From: a virus
Taxonomy: Duplodnaviria > Caudoviricetes
Reading direction: 5' to 3' (one strand)
Virus record (IMG/VR): IMGVR_UViG_3300037515_000482
Span: 1 to 52,924 of that record
Length of the DNA stretch: 52,924 nucleotides
In this document: positions 9,522-18,958 of the stretch, piece by piece
Layout: every line of letters begins with the position of its first letter
Position numbering within the stretch: position 1 is the first letter of the stretch
Notes under the pieces: generated by a model
Seen by the model: only the letters and a program-made list of their open reading frames with translations
What the model was told of the DNA's origin: nothing
Databases searched by the model: none
Program-made: the position numbers and the translations under genes

Positions 9522-10310
9522 GTGAAGTTCGATCGTGAGGATCCCCGGAAGGTGCGGGCCAGCGTGGGCGCGACCGCCTGGCTGAACGCCGCGATCGCGT
9601 CGAGCAACGACAAGGACCGGAAGGTCCTCTACCGCACGCTGTCCGTGGAGTTCTACCGGACCGGCATCCAGTTCATCGGCTGCGACGGCCACGCGCTGTT
9701 CCGGACATGGGCGCCCTACGTGGACATCGGCGACCTCGGCTCACCGCACCCGACGTTCTTCGAGATGCCCGAGGACCAGGTCATCGTCGCGGACCCCGAC
9801 AAGTTCGCGCTCGGCTTCATGGGCACCCTGCTCTCCGCGTGCACCGATACCGTGGAGGCGCTGACCATCGCGATCGAGCATGCCGAGGACGAAGACGAAC
9901 CCGCCCTGGGCGAGGACCTGTCGAGGTACGTCTTGACGCTGCACGCCGTCGGGCAGCGGCTCTCCTGCCCCCTGTTCGAGGGTACCTACCCCGACTGGCG
10001 GAGGCTGGCGTTCGGCGTCACCGAGGACGAGCGGGTCGAGGGAATCACGCTTGCCCCGAAGCTCTTCAAGGCCGTCGGGAAGCTGAAGGGCGTCTCCGGC
10101 GTGGACTGCACTTTCAGGGGCGAGCAGAAGGCCATCGCGATCTCCTCGACTGGGGACGGCGACGTCTCGCTGCGCGGGTTGCTGATGCCCATGCTCCGCC
10201 CGAAGAAGGAGAGGCCGGAGCCGGTTGAGGAGGGGGACGCTCAGCTCTCGCACGACGACGGCAACCCGGACGGGGGTGATCCGTTCCCGGATCCGGACGG
10301 CGAGGGTTGA
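9522..10310 (+). CDS. DNA polymerase III beta-clamp-like protein (partial clamp)
   Basis: GCDGHALF (cf. ATDGHRL), EGTYPDWRRL (cf. G.YPDY.R), LLMPM; RBS AGGAGG before GTG. Confidence 0.7.
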   Translation: MKFDREDPRKVRASVGATAWLNAAIASSNDKDRKVLYRTLSVEFYRTGIQFIGCDGHALFRTWAPYVDIGDLGSPHPTFFEMPEDQVIVADPDKFALGFMGTLLSACTDTVEALTIAIEHAEDEDEPALGEDLSRYVLTLHAVGQRLSCPLFEGTYPDWRRLAFGVTEDERVEGITLAPKLFKAVGKLKGVSGVDCTFRGEQKAIAISSTGDGDVSLRGLLMPMLRPKKERPEPVEEGDAQLSHDDGNPDGGDPFPDPDGEG

Positions 10311-10876
10311 ATCCAATGACCTGCACGTGCGGCTATCCGGAGACGTGGAGGAAGGTGAAAGGCTGGCCCTATAGGGTCAGTAGCCACGGGCGCGTCCGGC
10401 ACGTGGACTCTGACCGGATCCGCTCCCTCGCCCTCACCGCCGCCGGGTACCAGATGGTGGGCGTCACCAACGGTCCGCGGCGCCGAAATCTATCAGTCCA
10501 CCGAATGGTCGCACGTGCGTTCGAGGGGCCGCCCCCCAGCACGCGACACCATGTAAACCACCTCGACGGCGTGAAGGCTCACAATTGCTCAGGGAACCTC
10601 TGCTGGGCGACGCCGTCAGAGAACCAGCGCCACGCCTTCCGTACCGGCCTGCGCAGCGGCCTCGATCGCCAGGGAGAAAAGCACCCCATGGCGAAGCTCA
10701 CCGAGGAGATCGTTCTCGCGGCACGTGCGGAGTACGCCTCGTCGGATGTGCGCATCAAGGACTTGGCCCAGCGGTATGGGGTCTCCATCGCCGGAATGCA
10801 GGACGCCGTCAAGGGAAAGACCTGGTCCCACCTGCCCGGCGCCGTCCAGAGGAGTGTCGTGCGATGCGTGTCGTAG
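10307..10876 (+). CDS. NUMOD4-HNH homing endonuclease
   Basis: ETWRKVKGWPYRVSSHGRVR; VHRMVARAF...VNHLDGVKAHN. Confidence 0.85.
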   Translation: MNPMTCTCGYPETWRKVKGWPYRVSSHGRVRHVDSDRIRSLALTAAGYQMVGVTNGPRRRNLSVHRMVARAFEGPPPSTRHHVNHLDGVKAHNCSGNLCWATPSENQRHAFRTGLRSGLDRQGEKHPMAKLTEEIVLAARAEYASSDVRIKDLAQRYGVSIAGMQDAVKGKTWSHLPGAVQRSVVRCVS

Positions 10877-11400
10877 CACTCGATCCGTCCCTGGCCTGCA
10901 CCGGCGTTGCCGACTCGGCGCTGCCGAAGCCGTTCACCATCTCGCCGCCCGCGGGGCTGACGGGCCCGGGACGCCTGTACTGGATCCAGAAGCGAGTCCT
11001 GCAGGCGGTGGAGGGCGCGGACTTGGTGGCCATCGAGGGCTACGCTCATGGGGCCAAGAACCAGGCACACCAGCTCGGCGAGCTCGGCGGCGTCATCCGC
11101 CTCACCCTCTGGTGCCTGAAGATCCGGTACGTGGACGCCGCACCGGCCCACCGTATGCGGATCGCCACGGGCAAGGGCTTGGCGAAGAAGGAGGCTGTCC
11201 TGGCCGCAGCGATCCATCGGCTGGGTTACCAGGGCCACTCGTTCGACGAGGCCGACGCCCTGTGGCTCCTCCAGCTCGCGCTGCACCAGTACGGCCTCCA
11301 GGGTGCTGTGCCCCTTCCAAAGAGCCACCTCGAGGCGACGGGGAGGTCGAAGACTGAGTGGCCGACCCGTGAGCAGCTGGCGGAGCAGAAGGCCTCCTGA
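10864..11400 (+). CDS. ruvC: RuvC-like Holliday junction resolvase
   Basis: VVALDPSLACTG, VAIEGY, LGELGG, GKG-AKKE, DEADA. Confidence 0.85.
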   Translation: MRVVALDPSLACTGVADSALPKPFTISPPAGLTGPGRLYWIQKRVLQAVEGADLVAIEGYAHGAKNQAHQLGELGGVIRLTLWCLKIRYVDAAPAHRMRIATGKGLAKKEAVLAAAIHRLGYQGHSFDEADALWLLQLALHQYGLQGAVPLPKSHLEATGRSKTEWPTREQLAEQKAS

Positions 11401-12152
11401 TGCACATGAGCACCCGGGCCCGCTGGCTCTTGGACGAAGTGAAGAAGGCCGGGGCCGTCTCCCTCGAGGCGCTGGAGGCCACGGCCGAAGCGAAGTACTC
11501 GGGGAGCGTGACGTATACGGAGCGCCAGGAGATCGTCGCCACGGCGGCAGACCTGCATGTCGCCGAGACGCGCGGTGACCCCGTTCCGCCACCCCGAAGA
11601 CCCACGACCCCGAAGGAGAGCGGCATGGACCGAAAGCAGTTGACCAGCGAAGAGACCAGGGCGGTCGCGATCGAGTACTTCAGGGGCCATCCGGGCGCCA
11701 GTGCCCGCGAGTGCTACGAGTACATCGAGACCTTGGGCGCGCCGTCGGTATCGAAGTCTACGTTCGTCAACGACACGGGCTCCAGGATCCGGCGCGAGCT
11801 GGGCCTCAGGAAAGGCAGGGCGGCTCCGCGTTCACGGGAGCCGGCGAAGAAGAGGGCGGCGAGGGCGAAGAAGCGGGCGGCCAAGTCGCCCACTCAGAAG
11901 CCCGCGCCGGAGAAGGCTTCCGCCTCCGTGACGGACGACTCCGCGGATTTCACCGCAGGAGTAGTCCAGGGCCCCGACGGCCGCGATCGGATCGTGATCG
12001 ACACCCCCGGCGGGAGCCTGACCGCGCGGGAGGAGGGCGGCGGACTGTGGTTCGCCGAGTTCCGCGGCGCGATCGAGGGCGACTTGCTGAACGCGATGAT
12101 CGTCGACCTGGTGAAGCCGTTCATGATGGAGCTGGAGGTTGCCCCGTCGTGA
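11400..12152 (+). CDS. Hypothetical protein
   Basis: Coupled overlaps; basic Lys/Ala-rich linker. Confidence 0.55.
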   Translation: MHMSTRARWLLDEVKKAGAVSLEALEATAEAKYSGSVTYTERQEIVATAADLHVAETRGDPVPPPRRPTTPKESGMDRKQLTSEETRAVAIEYFRGHPGASARECYEYIETLGAPSVSKSTFVNDTGSRIRRELGLRKGRAAPRSREPAKKRAARAKKRAAKSPTQKPAPEKASASVTDDSADFTAGVVQGPDGRDRIVIDTPGGSLTAREEGGGLWFAEFRGAIEGDLLNAMIVDLVKPFMMELEVAPS

Positions 12153-12673
12153 GTGCGATCGAGACCCTCGCGCGCCTGGCCGACCTGCCCGACTCGGTCG
12201 AGTGCAGGCTCGTGGCCGGTGAGGGCCCCTACACCCTGGGCGACGTGCGCCGGCACTTCGGCGGGGCCCGCCCCGACAAAGCCCTGACGACCGGGGATGC
12301 CGCGGGCGAGTTCGGGTGGTCCGGGGACTCCTGGCGGAAGTGGGCCGACGCCGGCGAGATCGAGGGAGCGTGGCAGGACGCGCCGGGCGGGCCCTGGCGC
12401 TTGCCCTACGCGGCCTGCGAGGCGCATGCTGCGGGGAAGCGACGCAACGGAATTCGTCCGACTGGAGGGGAGCCGCGACGTGGCAGGCCGTGGAAGAAGG
12501 CAGCGGGAGCATCGTCCGCACGAGCTGGGGCCCAGGGCGTTCCGGTCCAGCGGCTCGCGGTGGTGGAAGGTGGATCTGCGTCCCTGGGGCGGCCAGCGTG
12601 TGGTGATGCGCAACCCCGAGGACCCAGGCTGGCCGGACCGCGGAGAGCGGACCGAGCTGGAAGAGGTCGCTAA
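12149..12673 (+). CDS. Excisionase-like HTH protein
   Basis: LTTGDAAGEFGWSGDSWRKWADAGEIEGA...GGPWRLP; directly upstream of and overlapping the integrase. Confidence 0.65.
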   Translation: MSAIETLARLADLPDSVECRLVAGEGPYTLGDVRRHFGGARPDKALTTGDAAGEFGWSGDSWRKWADAGEIEGAWQDAPGGPWRLPYAACEAHAAGKRRNGIRPTGGEPRRGRPWKKAAGASSARAGAQGVPVQRLAVVEGGSASLGRPACGDAQPRGPRLAGPRRADRAGRGR

Positions 12674-13688
12674 GCGATGGGCATGGGCGTACCTGGCATT
12701 GGCCCGCGGGGAACACCGGCGCCGCGTCCTGGGGCTCGGCAGGGCCCCGCAGTCGCTCGGTGCGGCCGTAGACGCGTTCCTGACTCATCGCACCCGCACC
12801 GTGGAGCCCTCGACGGTCTCAGCGGCGCGCACGGCCACCATGCACCTGCTCCGTCACTTCGGGACGGCGACGCGCACGAACGCCCTCACCGCGCCGGACC
12901 TCCAGGAGCTCGTGGACGAACTGCTCGACGACGGCTACCAGCCGACCACGCTGGACACCTACGCCCGGACGTGGCGGATCTTCTTCGAGTGGTGCCACTT
13001 CGGGACGTGCGGGAAGCTCCTGCGCGACTCCGCGAGCCGGCAACGCCTCCGGGAGTTCTTCGACCCGGTGTCGGAACTGAGCATCCCCGACCCGGGCGAG
13101 GGCGACGTGGACACGCTGGCGGACGGGGAGGTCTCGGCGCTCTTCGATGCCGCCACCGTGGTGGACAGCCAACAGACCGGGCACTTCCCCTCGGCGGTGC
13201 TGGCCTGTGGGCTGGGGCTCTACATGAGCCTGAGGCAGGGCGAGATCTTCGCGGCTCGCTGGCAGGACATCCGGCCGCCGGAACGCACGATCCGCGTTCA
13301 GTGGCAGGTCCCCAAGGACCGCACGGACCTGAAGCCGTTGAAAGGCAAGGTGGCGCGCACCGCCCTGGTTCTGCCCGACTGGTGGGCCCTGCACCGTTCC
13401 GACGCCGTGGGCTTCATCTGCGGCCGGACCGGGAGGCCCGTGGGGACGCGCACCCAGCGCAACCTGATCACGCGGGTGCTGGACACCGCCGGCCTCAACC
13501 AGCTCGGACGCGGCTGGCACATCCTTCGCCACACCTACGCCCGGCTGTTCGTCGAGCAGGGGGGCCGCATCGAGGAGCTCCAGCGCAGCCTCGGGCACAC
13601 CTCCATCGTCACGACCCAGCAGTGTTACGGGCACTTCCACGAGGACGTGGCGGCCCGGCTGGCCGGGGAGCGCATCTACGGCGTCTGA
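12480..13688 (+). CDS. int: Tyrosine integrase
   Basis: Catalytic LRQGE, HILRHTYA, LGH, Y in QQCYGH; likely GTG start at 12480 after GGAGGGG. Confidence 0.92.
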   Translation: MAGRGRRQREHRPHELGPRAFRSSGSRWWKVDLRPWGGQRVVMRNPEDPGWPDRGERTELEEVAKRWAWAYLALARGEHRRRVLGLGRAPQSLGAAVDAFLTHRTRTVEPSTVSAARTATMHLLRHFGTATRTNALTAPDLQELVDELLDDGYQPTTLDTYARTWRIFFEWCHFGTCGKLLRDSASRQRLREFFDPVSELSIPDPGEGDVDTLADGEVSALFDAATVVDSQQTGHFPSAVLACGLGLYMSLRQGEIFAARWQDIRPPERTIRVQWQVPKDRTDLKPLKGKVARTALVLPDWWALHRSDAVGFICGRTGRPVGTRTQRNLITRVLDTAGLNQLGRGWHILRHTYARLFVEQGGRIEELQRSLGHTSIVTTQQCYGHFHEDVAARLAGERIYGV

Positions 13689-13699
13689 CCGGAAACGCC

Positions 13700-13910
13700 G
13701 GGGCAAGTGGCCCGGCATGTGGCACGGTCCACCCGGGAGCCCAACCCTGGCGCGGTGAGTCCCCTTCACTGATGGAGGATGCGGGCGCCGCTCGCTCCTG
13801 CCGTAGCCCTCATTTCATGCGCCTCCAGCCGGAGGCTCGCCCCCGAAACCACGCCACTCCGCGGCACGACTTGTGGCACCACCCCTCGACACATGTGGCA
13901 CACCCAGGAG
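13700..13910. promoter_or_regulatory. Putative attP with arm-type integrase-binding repeats
   Basis: Non-coding gap after int with TGTGGCAC at 13718, 13872 and 13894 and variants AGTGGCCC (13706) and GCGGCAC (13861), in two clusters. Confidence 0.6.
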
Positions 13911-13920
13911 ACGCACGCCC

Positions 13921-14163
13921 ATGAGCGACACCGAACAGAAGACCTACGAACGCGTGGCCGATGTCCTCATCCAGGAGCTGGACCTCGTCGGAATCCCTGG
14001 GCGGGACGACCGCCTGGTGGAGGACCTGAACGCCGACTCCTTGGACATGGTCGAAGTGGCCATGGCCATCGAGGAGGTCTTCGAGCGCGAGATCTCCGAC
14101 GACGAGCTCAGCGGCTGGACAACCGTCGGCGACATCGTGGCCACCGTCGGGGGTGACGAGTGA
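13921..14163 (+). CDS. acpP: Acyl carrier protein
   Basis: 80 aa, acidic; EDLNADSLDMVEVAMAIEEVF with the phosphopantetheine Ser; TVGD; RBS AGGAG. Confidence 0.9.
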   Translation: MSDTEQKTYERVADVLIQELDLVGIPGRDDRLVEDLNADSLDMVEVAMAIEEVFEREISDDELSGWTTVGDIVATVGGDE

Positions 14164-14450
14164 GCCGCCCTTCGAAGGCCCGGGCCCACGCCCTCGGCCG
14201 CCCCAAGGGGAGCGCCCGCATCGTCGAGGTCTTCGGCGAGGCCTACGAGGTCCTGCCGATCCGCGGCGGCGGGGAGAAGATCTTCCGGCTGGAGCTGGAG
14301 CTGGTCCCCGGCGAGAGCCACGAAGCCAACATCGTCCGGTCCCAGATGCGCTACGACGACTTCGAGGAGCGCCGGCGCCTGGGTAGGGTGAAGCCCGGCG
14401 AGCCCCGGCCCGTGAGGCCGCATCGGTCCGGGGGAGGCGTCCGTGTCTGA
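14160..14450 (+). CDS. Hypothetical protein
   Basis: GTGA coupling. Confidence 0.5.
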   Translation: MSRPSKARAHALGRPKGSARIVEVFGEAYEVLPIRGGGEKIFRLELELVPGESHEANIVRSQMRYDDFEERRRLGRVKPGEPRPVRPHRSGGGVRV

Positions 14451-14688
14451 CTCCTGCCCCCGGGGCCACGCTTCCGAGAACCGCGGTATCCTCCGGCGCA
14501 TGGAGCGCGAGCTGGCCGCGACACGTCCAGCCCCCGGCCTCGGGAAGGGGTGGCGCCTCAACGTCAAGGGCCGCCGGTACCGGGTCACGGAGCCCCGGGC
14601 CGTGCCCCTCGCCGTGCTGGTTGCCGAGTCCGATGCGGTGGCCACCCGGCTCGGCTGCGCCTGCGTCCTGGAGGTGGACCATGGCTGA
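14443..14688 (+). CDS. Hypothetical protein
   Basis: RBS GGAGG; overlap coupling. Confidence 0.5.
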   Translation: MSDSCPRGHASENRGILRRMERELAATRPAPGLGKGWRLNVKGRRYRVTEPRAVPLAVLVAESDAVATRLGCACVLEVDHG

Positions 14689-14992
14689 GACGAAGATCAG
14701 GCGGTGGGTGAAAAATGTCCGGGAGCACAGGTGGATCGGTCCGACCCTCTGGGCTTACCCGGTCCACGCTGTATTGATGGACGGTGGATGCCCGCTCCAC
14801 CCGAACCCCGAACCACATACCCCTTTGGGGCGAATACTCTACGGCCTCGGGTTAACAGGCTGCTCCTGTATCGGTGCATGGCAAATCGATATCGGATGGG
14901 CGTGGGGCCGCTCCCACTGGGTAGCTGTTTTCGGGACGGAGTTCCCGATGCGCCGATTGGCCGCTCGCCGCCAGGAGGCACCCCATGGCTGA
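14681..14992 (+). CDS. Hypothetical protein
   Basis: RBS GGAGGT; overlap coupling. Confidence 0.5.
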   Translation: MAETKIRRWVKNVREHRWIGPTLWAYPVHAVLMDGGCPLHPNPEPHTPLGRILYGLGLTGCSCIGAWQIDIGWAWGRSHWVAVFGTEFPMRRLAARRQEAPHG

Positions 14993-15102
14993 TAAGCGCA
15001 TGATCTACGCGGTCGAAAGCGGTGAGTATGAGGACTACCGGGTGGACGCGCTCTTCACCTCGCGGAGGCGGGCGGCCGCGGCGAAGAAGGTGGCGTGCAC
15101 CG

Positions 15103-15654
15103 ATGTCTGACGCCCGCATCCTCACGGTCGGGAAGGTCGACCGGGCCATTCGCGAGATACCGGAAGCCGAAGAGCTTGCCGCGAGGCTCTGGGCCAATGT
15201 TCAGCAGGATGGCGAGTGCTGGCTGTGGCAGGGCACGAAGCGCAACGGGCAGCACGGCAGCATGTCCGTCCACGATGCCCCGGTCTACGTCCACCGGATC
15301 TCCTATGAGGTCCACGTGGGACCCATACCCAAGGGGCTGAACGTCTGCCACCGGTGTGACAGGCCCGCGTGTGTGAACCCCGACCACCTGTTCTTGGGGA
15401 CGCAGGCCGACAACGTCGCCGACATGGAGACCAAGGGGCGCGCCAGAAAGCGAGGCGCGACCGGAGAACGAAATCCCAACGCCCGGCTTACCGACGCCGA
15501 GGTACTGGAACTTCGTCGCCTCGCTGCGAGCGGCGCATCGCAGCGATCGGTGGCGAGGAGGTTCAGCTGCACCCAGGCGACCGTGTGGCGGATCATCCAC
15601 GGAAAGACCCGATCCGTCGCGCGTGACGTCCTCTTCCCGCGGGGGCTCCGATGA
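15103..15654 (+). CDS. HNH endonuclease with C-terminal HTH
   Basis: ECWLWQG, VHRISYE, VCHRCDRPACVNPDHLFLGTQADN. Confidence 0.9.
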   Translation: MSDARILTVGKVDRAIREIPEAEELAARLWANVQQDGECWLWQGTKRNGQHGSMSVHDAPVYVHRISYEVHVGPIPKGLNVCHRCDRPACVNPDHLFLGTQADNVADMETKGRARKRGATGERNPNARLTDAEVLELRRLAASGASQRSVARRFSCTQATVWRIIHGKTRSVARDVLFPRGLR

Positions 15655-16121
15655 GCGCAGGGGAGCGGTGGCCACGCCTGAGCGAGGACCTGCGGCAGGA
15701 CGTCCGCTGGGGATGCTGTCAGCGATGCGGGAAACACTTCATCTCGGGGGCGGACTTCCAGGTGATCTGGCGGGAGCATGACGACCAGGACCGCCCGGAA
15801 GCGCGTGCCGTTGTCCTCTGCGGGCCCTGTGAGGAGATCATCGAGCCCCACCCTCGCCTCTACGCCCGTGAGCAACGCGACGTCCCGCTCCCGGGTGTCA
15901 TGAGGCTTTGCCGGGACTGCACCCACCGCCGCGGCTACCTGTGCAGCCACCCCGACCTGACGCTGAACGGCGGGCCTGGGCTCCTGATCGAGTTCCCCCG
16001 GCCCCATGTGGCGCTGGTCGACGGGGTCCGCGGAGGCCGTCGCACCGGCTGGCGCGAGACGATCTGGAACGGACCGCCCACGGCGTGCGCCGGACGAGAC
16101 CACCCTGAGGAGATCCGATGA
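15651..16121 (+). CDS. Cys-rich hypothetical protein
   Basis: Multiple CxxC motifs; coupled overlaps. Confidence 0.6.
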   Translation: MSAGERWPRLSEDLRQDVRWGCCQRCGKHFISGADFQVIWREHDDQDRPEARAVVLCGPCEEIIEPHPRLYAREQRDVPLPGVMRLCRDCTHRRGYLCSHPDLTLNGGPGLLIEFPRPHVALVDGVRGGRRTGWRETIWNGPPTACAGRDHPEEIR

Positions 16122-17707
16122 TCTACCCCCAGTTCCTCCTCGACCTCCACGGGGAGTTGATAGTCGACTTGTTCGCCGGCGGTGGCGGGGCCTCGTGCGG
16201 GATCGAGATGGCGACCGGCCGCCAGGTGGACGTGGCGATCAACCACGACCCTGCCGCGGTCTCTATGCATGAGGTGAACCACCCGCAGACACGGCACTTC
16301 ACGGCCGACGTGTTCGAGGTGGACCCGGTGGTCGTCGCGGGCGGTCGCCCGATCGGCCTGCTCTGGGCATCCCCGGACTGCAAGCACTTCTCGAAGGCCA
16401 AGGGCGGCAAGCCGGTCTCGAAGAAGATCCGGTCGCTGGCCTGGGTGGTCGTGAAGTGGGCGAAGCTCGTCCGGCCCCGGGTGATCTGCCTGGAGAACGT
16501 CGAGGAGTTCCGCACATGGGGGCCACTGGCCACCAACGGGCGCCCATGTCCCGAGCGGAAGGGACAGACGTTCCGTCGCTGGGTTCGGGCCCTGGAGCGC
16601 GAGGGTTACCAGGTGGAATGGCGGGAGTTGCGGGCCTGCAACTACGGGGCCCCCACGATCAGGAAGCGCCTCTTCGTCGTCGCCCGGCGTGACGGGAAGC
16701 CGATCGTCTGGCCGGAGCGCACGCACGGCCCCGGGACGCGCAGGAAGTACCTGTCGGCCGCGGACTGCATCGACTGGTCGATTCCGATGCTCTCCATCTT
16801 CGCCAGCCCGGACGAGGCGAAGGCCTGGGCACGGTACTGGCGGGCGCAGGGCCTGGACGTGGGCACGCCACGGCGACCCCTGGCAGAAAAGACCCTGGCT
16901 CGCGTCGCCCGGGGCGTGGTGAAGTTCGTGCTGGAGAACCCGCGCCCGTTCGTGCTCAACCTCGCGCAGCGTGCCCCGCGGGAGTACGGCGTCGAAGAGG
17001 TCCTTCGCACGCAGCACGCGGGGGGGAACGCCTTCGCCCTCGCCGCCCCCTACCTGATCCCACGCTATGGCGAGCGGGACGGCCAGGAGCCCCGGGTCCG
17101 GGACATACAGCGGCCCCACCCGGTGGTCGTGCCCACGGGCAACGGCGCCCAGCTCGTGAGCGCGTTCCTCGCCAAGCACTACGGCGGCGTGGTCGGAACC
17201 CCGCTGGACGGGCCCATGGGCTCGATCACGGCCATCGACCACCACAGCATCGTGGCGGCCACCCTGGCGAAGCTCCGGGGCACCAGCCACGACGCACCGG
17301 TGGACGAGCCCCTCCACACCATCTCCGCCGGCGGGACCCACCACGGCATCATCGCGGCGTTCCTCCAGTCCTACTACGGCAACGAGGTCCGCGGGGACCT
17401 CCGGGAGCCGATCCGCACGATCCCCTCAGTGGACCGCTTCGGCCTCGTGACGGTGAGGATCCAGGGAGAGCCCTACTTCCTGGCCGACATCGTCATGCGG
17501 ATGCTGGCCCCTCGGGAGTTGTACCGAGCCCAGAGCTTCCCCGACTCCTACGTGATCGACCACGGTGTCGAGGGACGCCGGTTCACGAAGACCGAACAGG
17601 TCCGTATGGTCGGGAACTCCGTTCCTCCCCGCGAGGCCGCGGCCATCGTCCGCGCCAACTGCCCCGAGCTCGTGGCCCGTGATGAGGCCAGGGAGGCGGT
17701 GGCGTGA
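16118..17707 (+). CDS. DNA (cytosine-5) methyltransferase
   Basis: DLFAGGGG, SPDC, LENV, RKRLF, C-terminal VGNSV. Confidence 0.95.
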   Translation: MIYPQFLLDLHGELIVDLFAGGGGASCGIEMATGRQVDVAINHDPAAVSMHEVNHPQTRHFTADVFEVDPVVVAGGRPIGLLWASPDCKHFSKAKGGKPVSKKIRSLAWVVVKWAKLVRPRVICLENVEEFRTWGPLATNGRPCPERKGQTFRRWVRALEREGYQVEWRELRACNYGAPTIRKRLFVVARRDGKPIVWPERTHGPGTRRKYLSAADCIDWSIPMLSIFASPDEAKAWARYWRAQGLDVGTPRRPLAEKTLARVARGVVKFVLENPRPFVLNLAQRAPREYGVEEVLRTQHAGGNAFALAAPYLIPRYGERDGQEPRVRDIQRPHPVVVPTGNGAQLVSAFLAKHYGGVVGTPLDGPMGSITAIDHHSIVAATLAKLRGTSHDAPVDEPLHTISAGGTHHGIIAAFLQSYYGNEVRGDLREPIRTIPSVDRFGLVTVRIQGEPYFLADIVMRMLAPRELYRAQSFPDSYVIDHGVEGRRFTKTEQVRMVGNSVPPREAAAIVRANCPELVARDEAREAVA

Positions 17708-18036
17708 TCGCCCAGCTCGACCTGTTCGCCGTGTACGTCCCGACACGTACACCCCCACCGCGCCAGCTGGTGGCCACGGATCCGGAGCTCTGGGACGCCC
17801 TGGCGGACGGCAGCGCGTGCACCCTCGCGCTCCTACGGCGCCGGCACCCCGGAGACCCGGCCGCCCAGGCCGCGGCGCTTGAGACCCTCCAGGGGCCGAC
17901 GTCGTATCACGGGCCCGTCCTGGACGGCAGCGCCGAGACCGGAGCCCGATACGGGACGGCGCACGTCCTGGCGCACCAACTTCGGGCGAAGCGCGTCCTG
18001 GCGCAACAGCTCCGGACGAAGGCCGACGTCGCATGA
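17704..18036 (+). CDS. Hypothetical protein with N-terminal QLDLF motif
   Basis: MIAQLDLF; GTGA coupling. Confidence 0.55.
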   Translation: MIAQLDLFAVYVPTRTPPPRQLVATDPELWDALADGSACTLALLRRRHPGDPAAQAAALETLQGPTSYHGPVLDGSAETGARYGTAHVLAHQLRAKRVLAQQLRTKADVA

Positions 18037-18329
18037 ACCACGACCTCTTCACCCCACCGCCGGCGCCGCGCCCCTCACACCTTGACTGGCGCCAGATCCA
18101 CCTCTCGCGGCTGGACCGGACCTACCGCTGGGCCCTGGTGCCCGGGACGCCCCTGGGTGGACGTGACGGCCCGCCCGAGGGGTTCGTGCTGGAGTACCGC
18201 GACGGAGACGGCTGGAGCCCCGTGAACTTCTGGCCCCGCAGGATCGAGGTGTGGAACCATCTGGTGAAGACAGGGGCAATCGAAACCGACACCACGGGGC
18301 ACGGCCCCGGGAGAGAGGAGAAGTCATGA
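18033..18329 (+). CDS. Hypothetical protein
   Basis: ATGA coupling on both sides. Confidence 0.55.
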   Translation: MNHDLFTPPPAPRPSHLDWRQIHLSRLDRTYRWALVPGTPLGGRDGPPEGFVLEYRDGDGWSPVNFWPRRIEVWNHLVKTGAIETDTTGHGPGREEKS

Positions 18330-18958
18330 GCATCGGCCTACGCATGCCCCTCCACGAGGCCTTGGATCTCGCCCAGGAGGTGTCCCGTCGCCTTACTCCC
18401 GTCACGGCCCGCCTGAAGTGCGTGGGCAGTGTCAGGCGGCGGAAGGAGACGATCGGCGACATTGAGTTTCTGGCAGAGCCCGTCATGCACGAGGACCTGT
18501 TCGGAGGCCCGACGCCCGTGATCGAGCCCGTCCGGGCCGCCATGCACCAGATGGGGACGTGGGTCAAGGGCGGCGAGCGGATGATGCAGGTCTCGGACCT
18601 ACTGGGCCGGCCCGGGCTCAAGCTGGACGTGTACCTCGCGCATCCACCCTCCGCGTGGGGCTCTCAGCTCGCCATCCGCACGGGCCCCGCGGAGCTCGGG
18701 CACTACTGCGTGATGCGAATGCGGGAGGTCAGCCGGGTTCGCCACGACAGCGGCTTTGCTCAGTGCATGGACTCCGGACTGCCCGTCCCGACCGACACTG
18801 AGGAGCAGTTCTTCGAGCTGGCCCAAGTACCCTGCGTACCGCCCAGGGAGCGTGAGGAGCTGGCCACGCGCCTCTGGAACGCCTTGAACGTCGGTACACG
18901 AAGAGAGGTCACCCATCCTACCTTGACAACCTCCCGAGAGGACGCTTCACGTGGCTGA
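18326..18958 (+). CDS. Minimal family-X DNA polymerase/nucleotidyltransferase-like protein
   Basis: VGSVRRRKETIGDIEFL, KLDVY, IRTGP, TEEQFF...VPPRER. Confidence 0.85.
   Translation: MSIGLRMPLHEALDLAQEVSRRLTPVTARLKCVGSVRRRKETIGDIEFLAEPVMHEDLFGGPTPVIEPVRAAMHQMGTWVKGGERMMQVSDLLGRPGLKLDVYLAHPPSAWGSQLAIRTGPAELGHYCVMRMREVSRVRHDSGFAQCMDSGLPVPTDTEEQFFELAQVPCVPPREREELATRLWNALNVGTRREVTHPTLTTSREDASRG

Noticed and set aside
13689-13920. tRNA or tmRNA fragment at attP
   Set aside because: No TpsiC (GTTCG) arm or cloverleaf recognised on either strand
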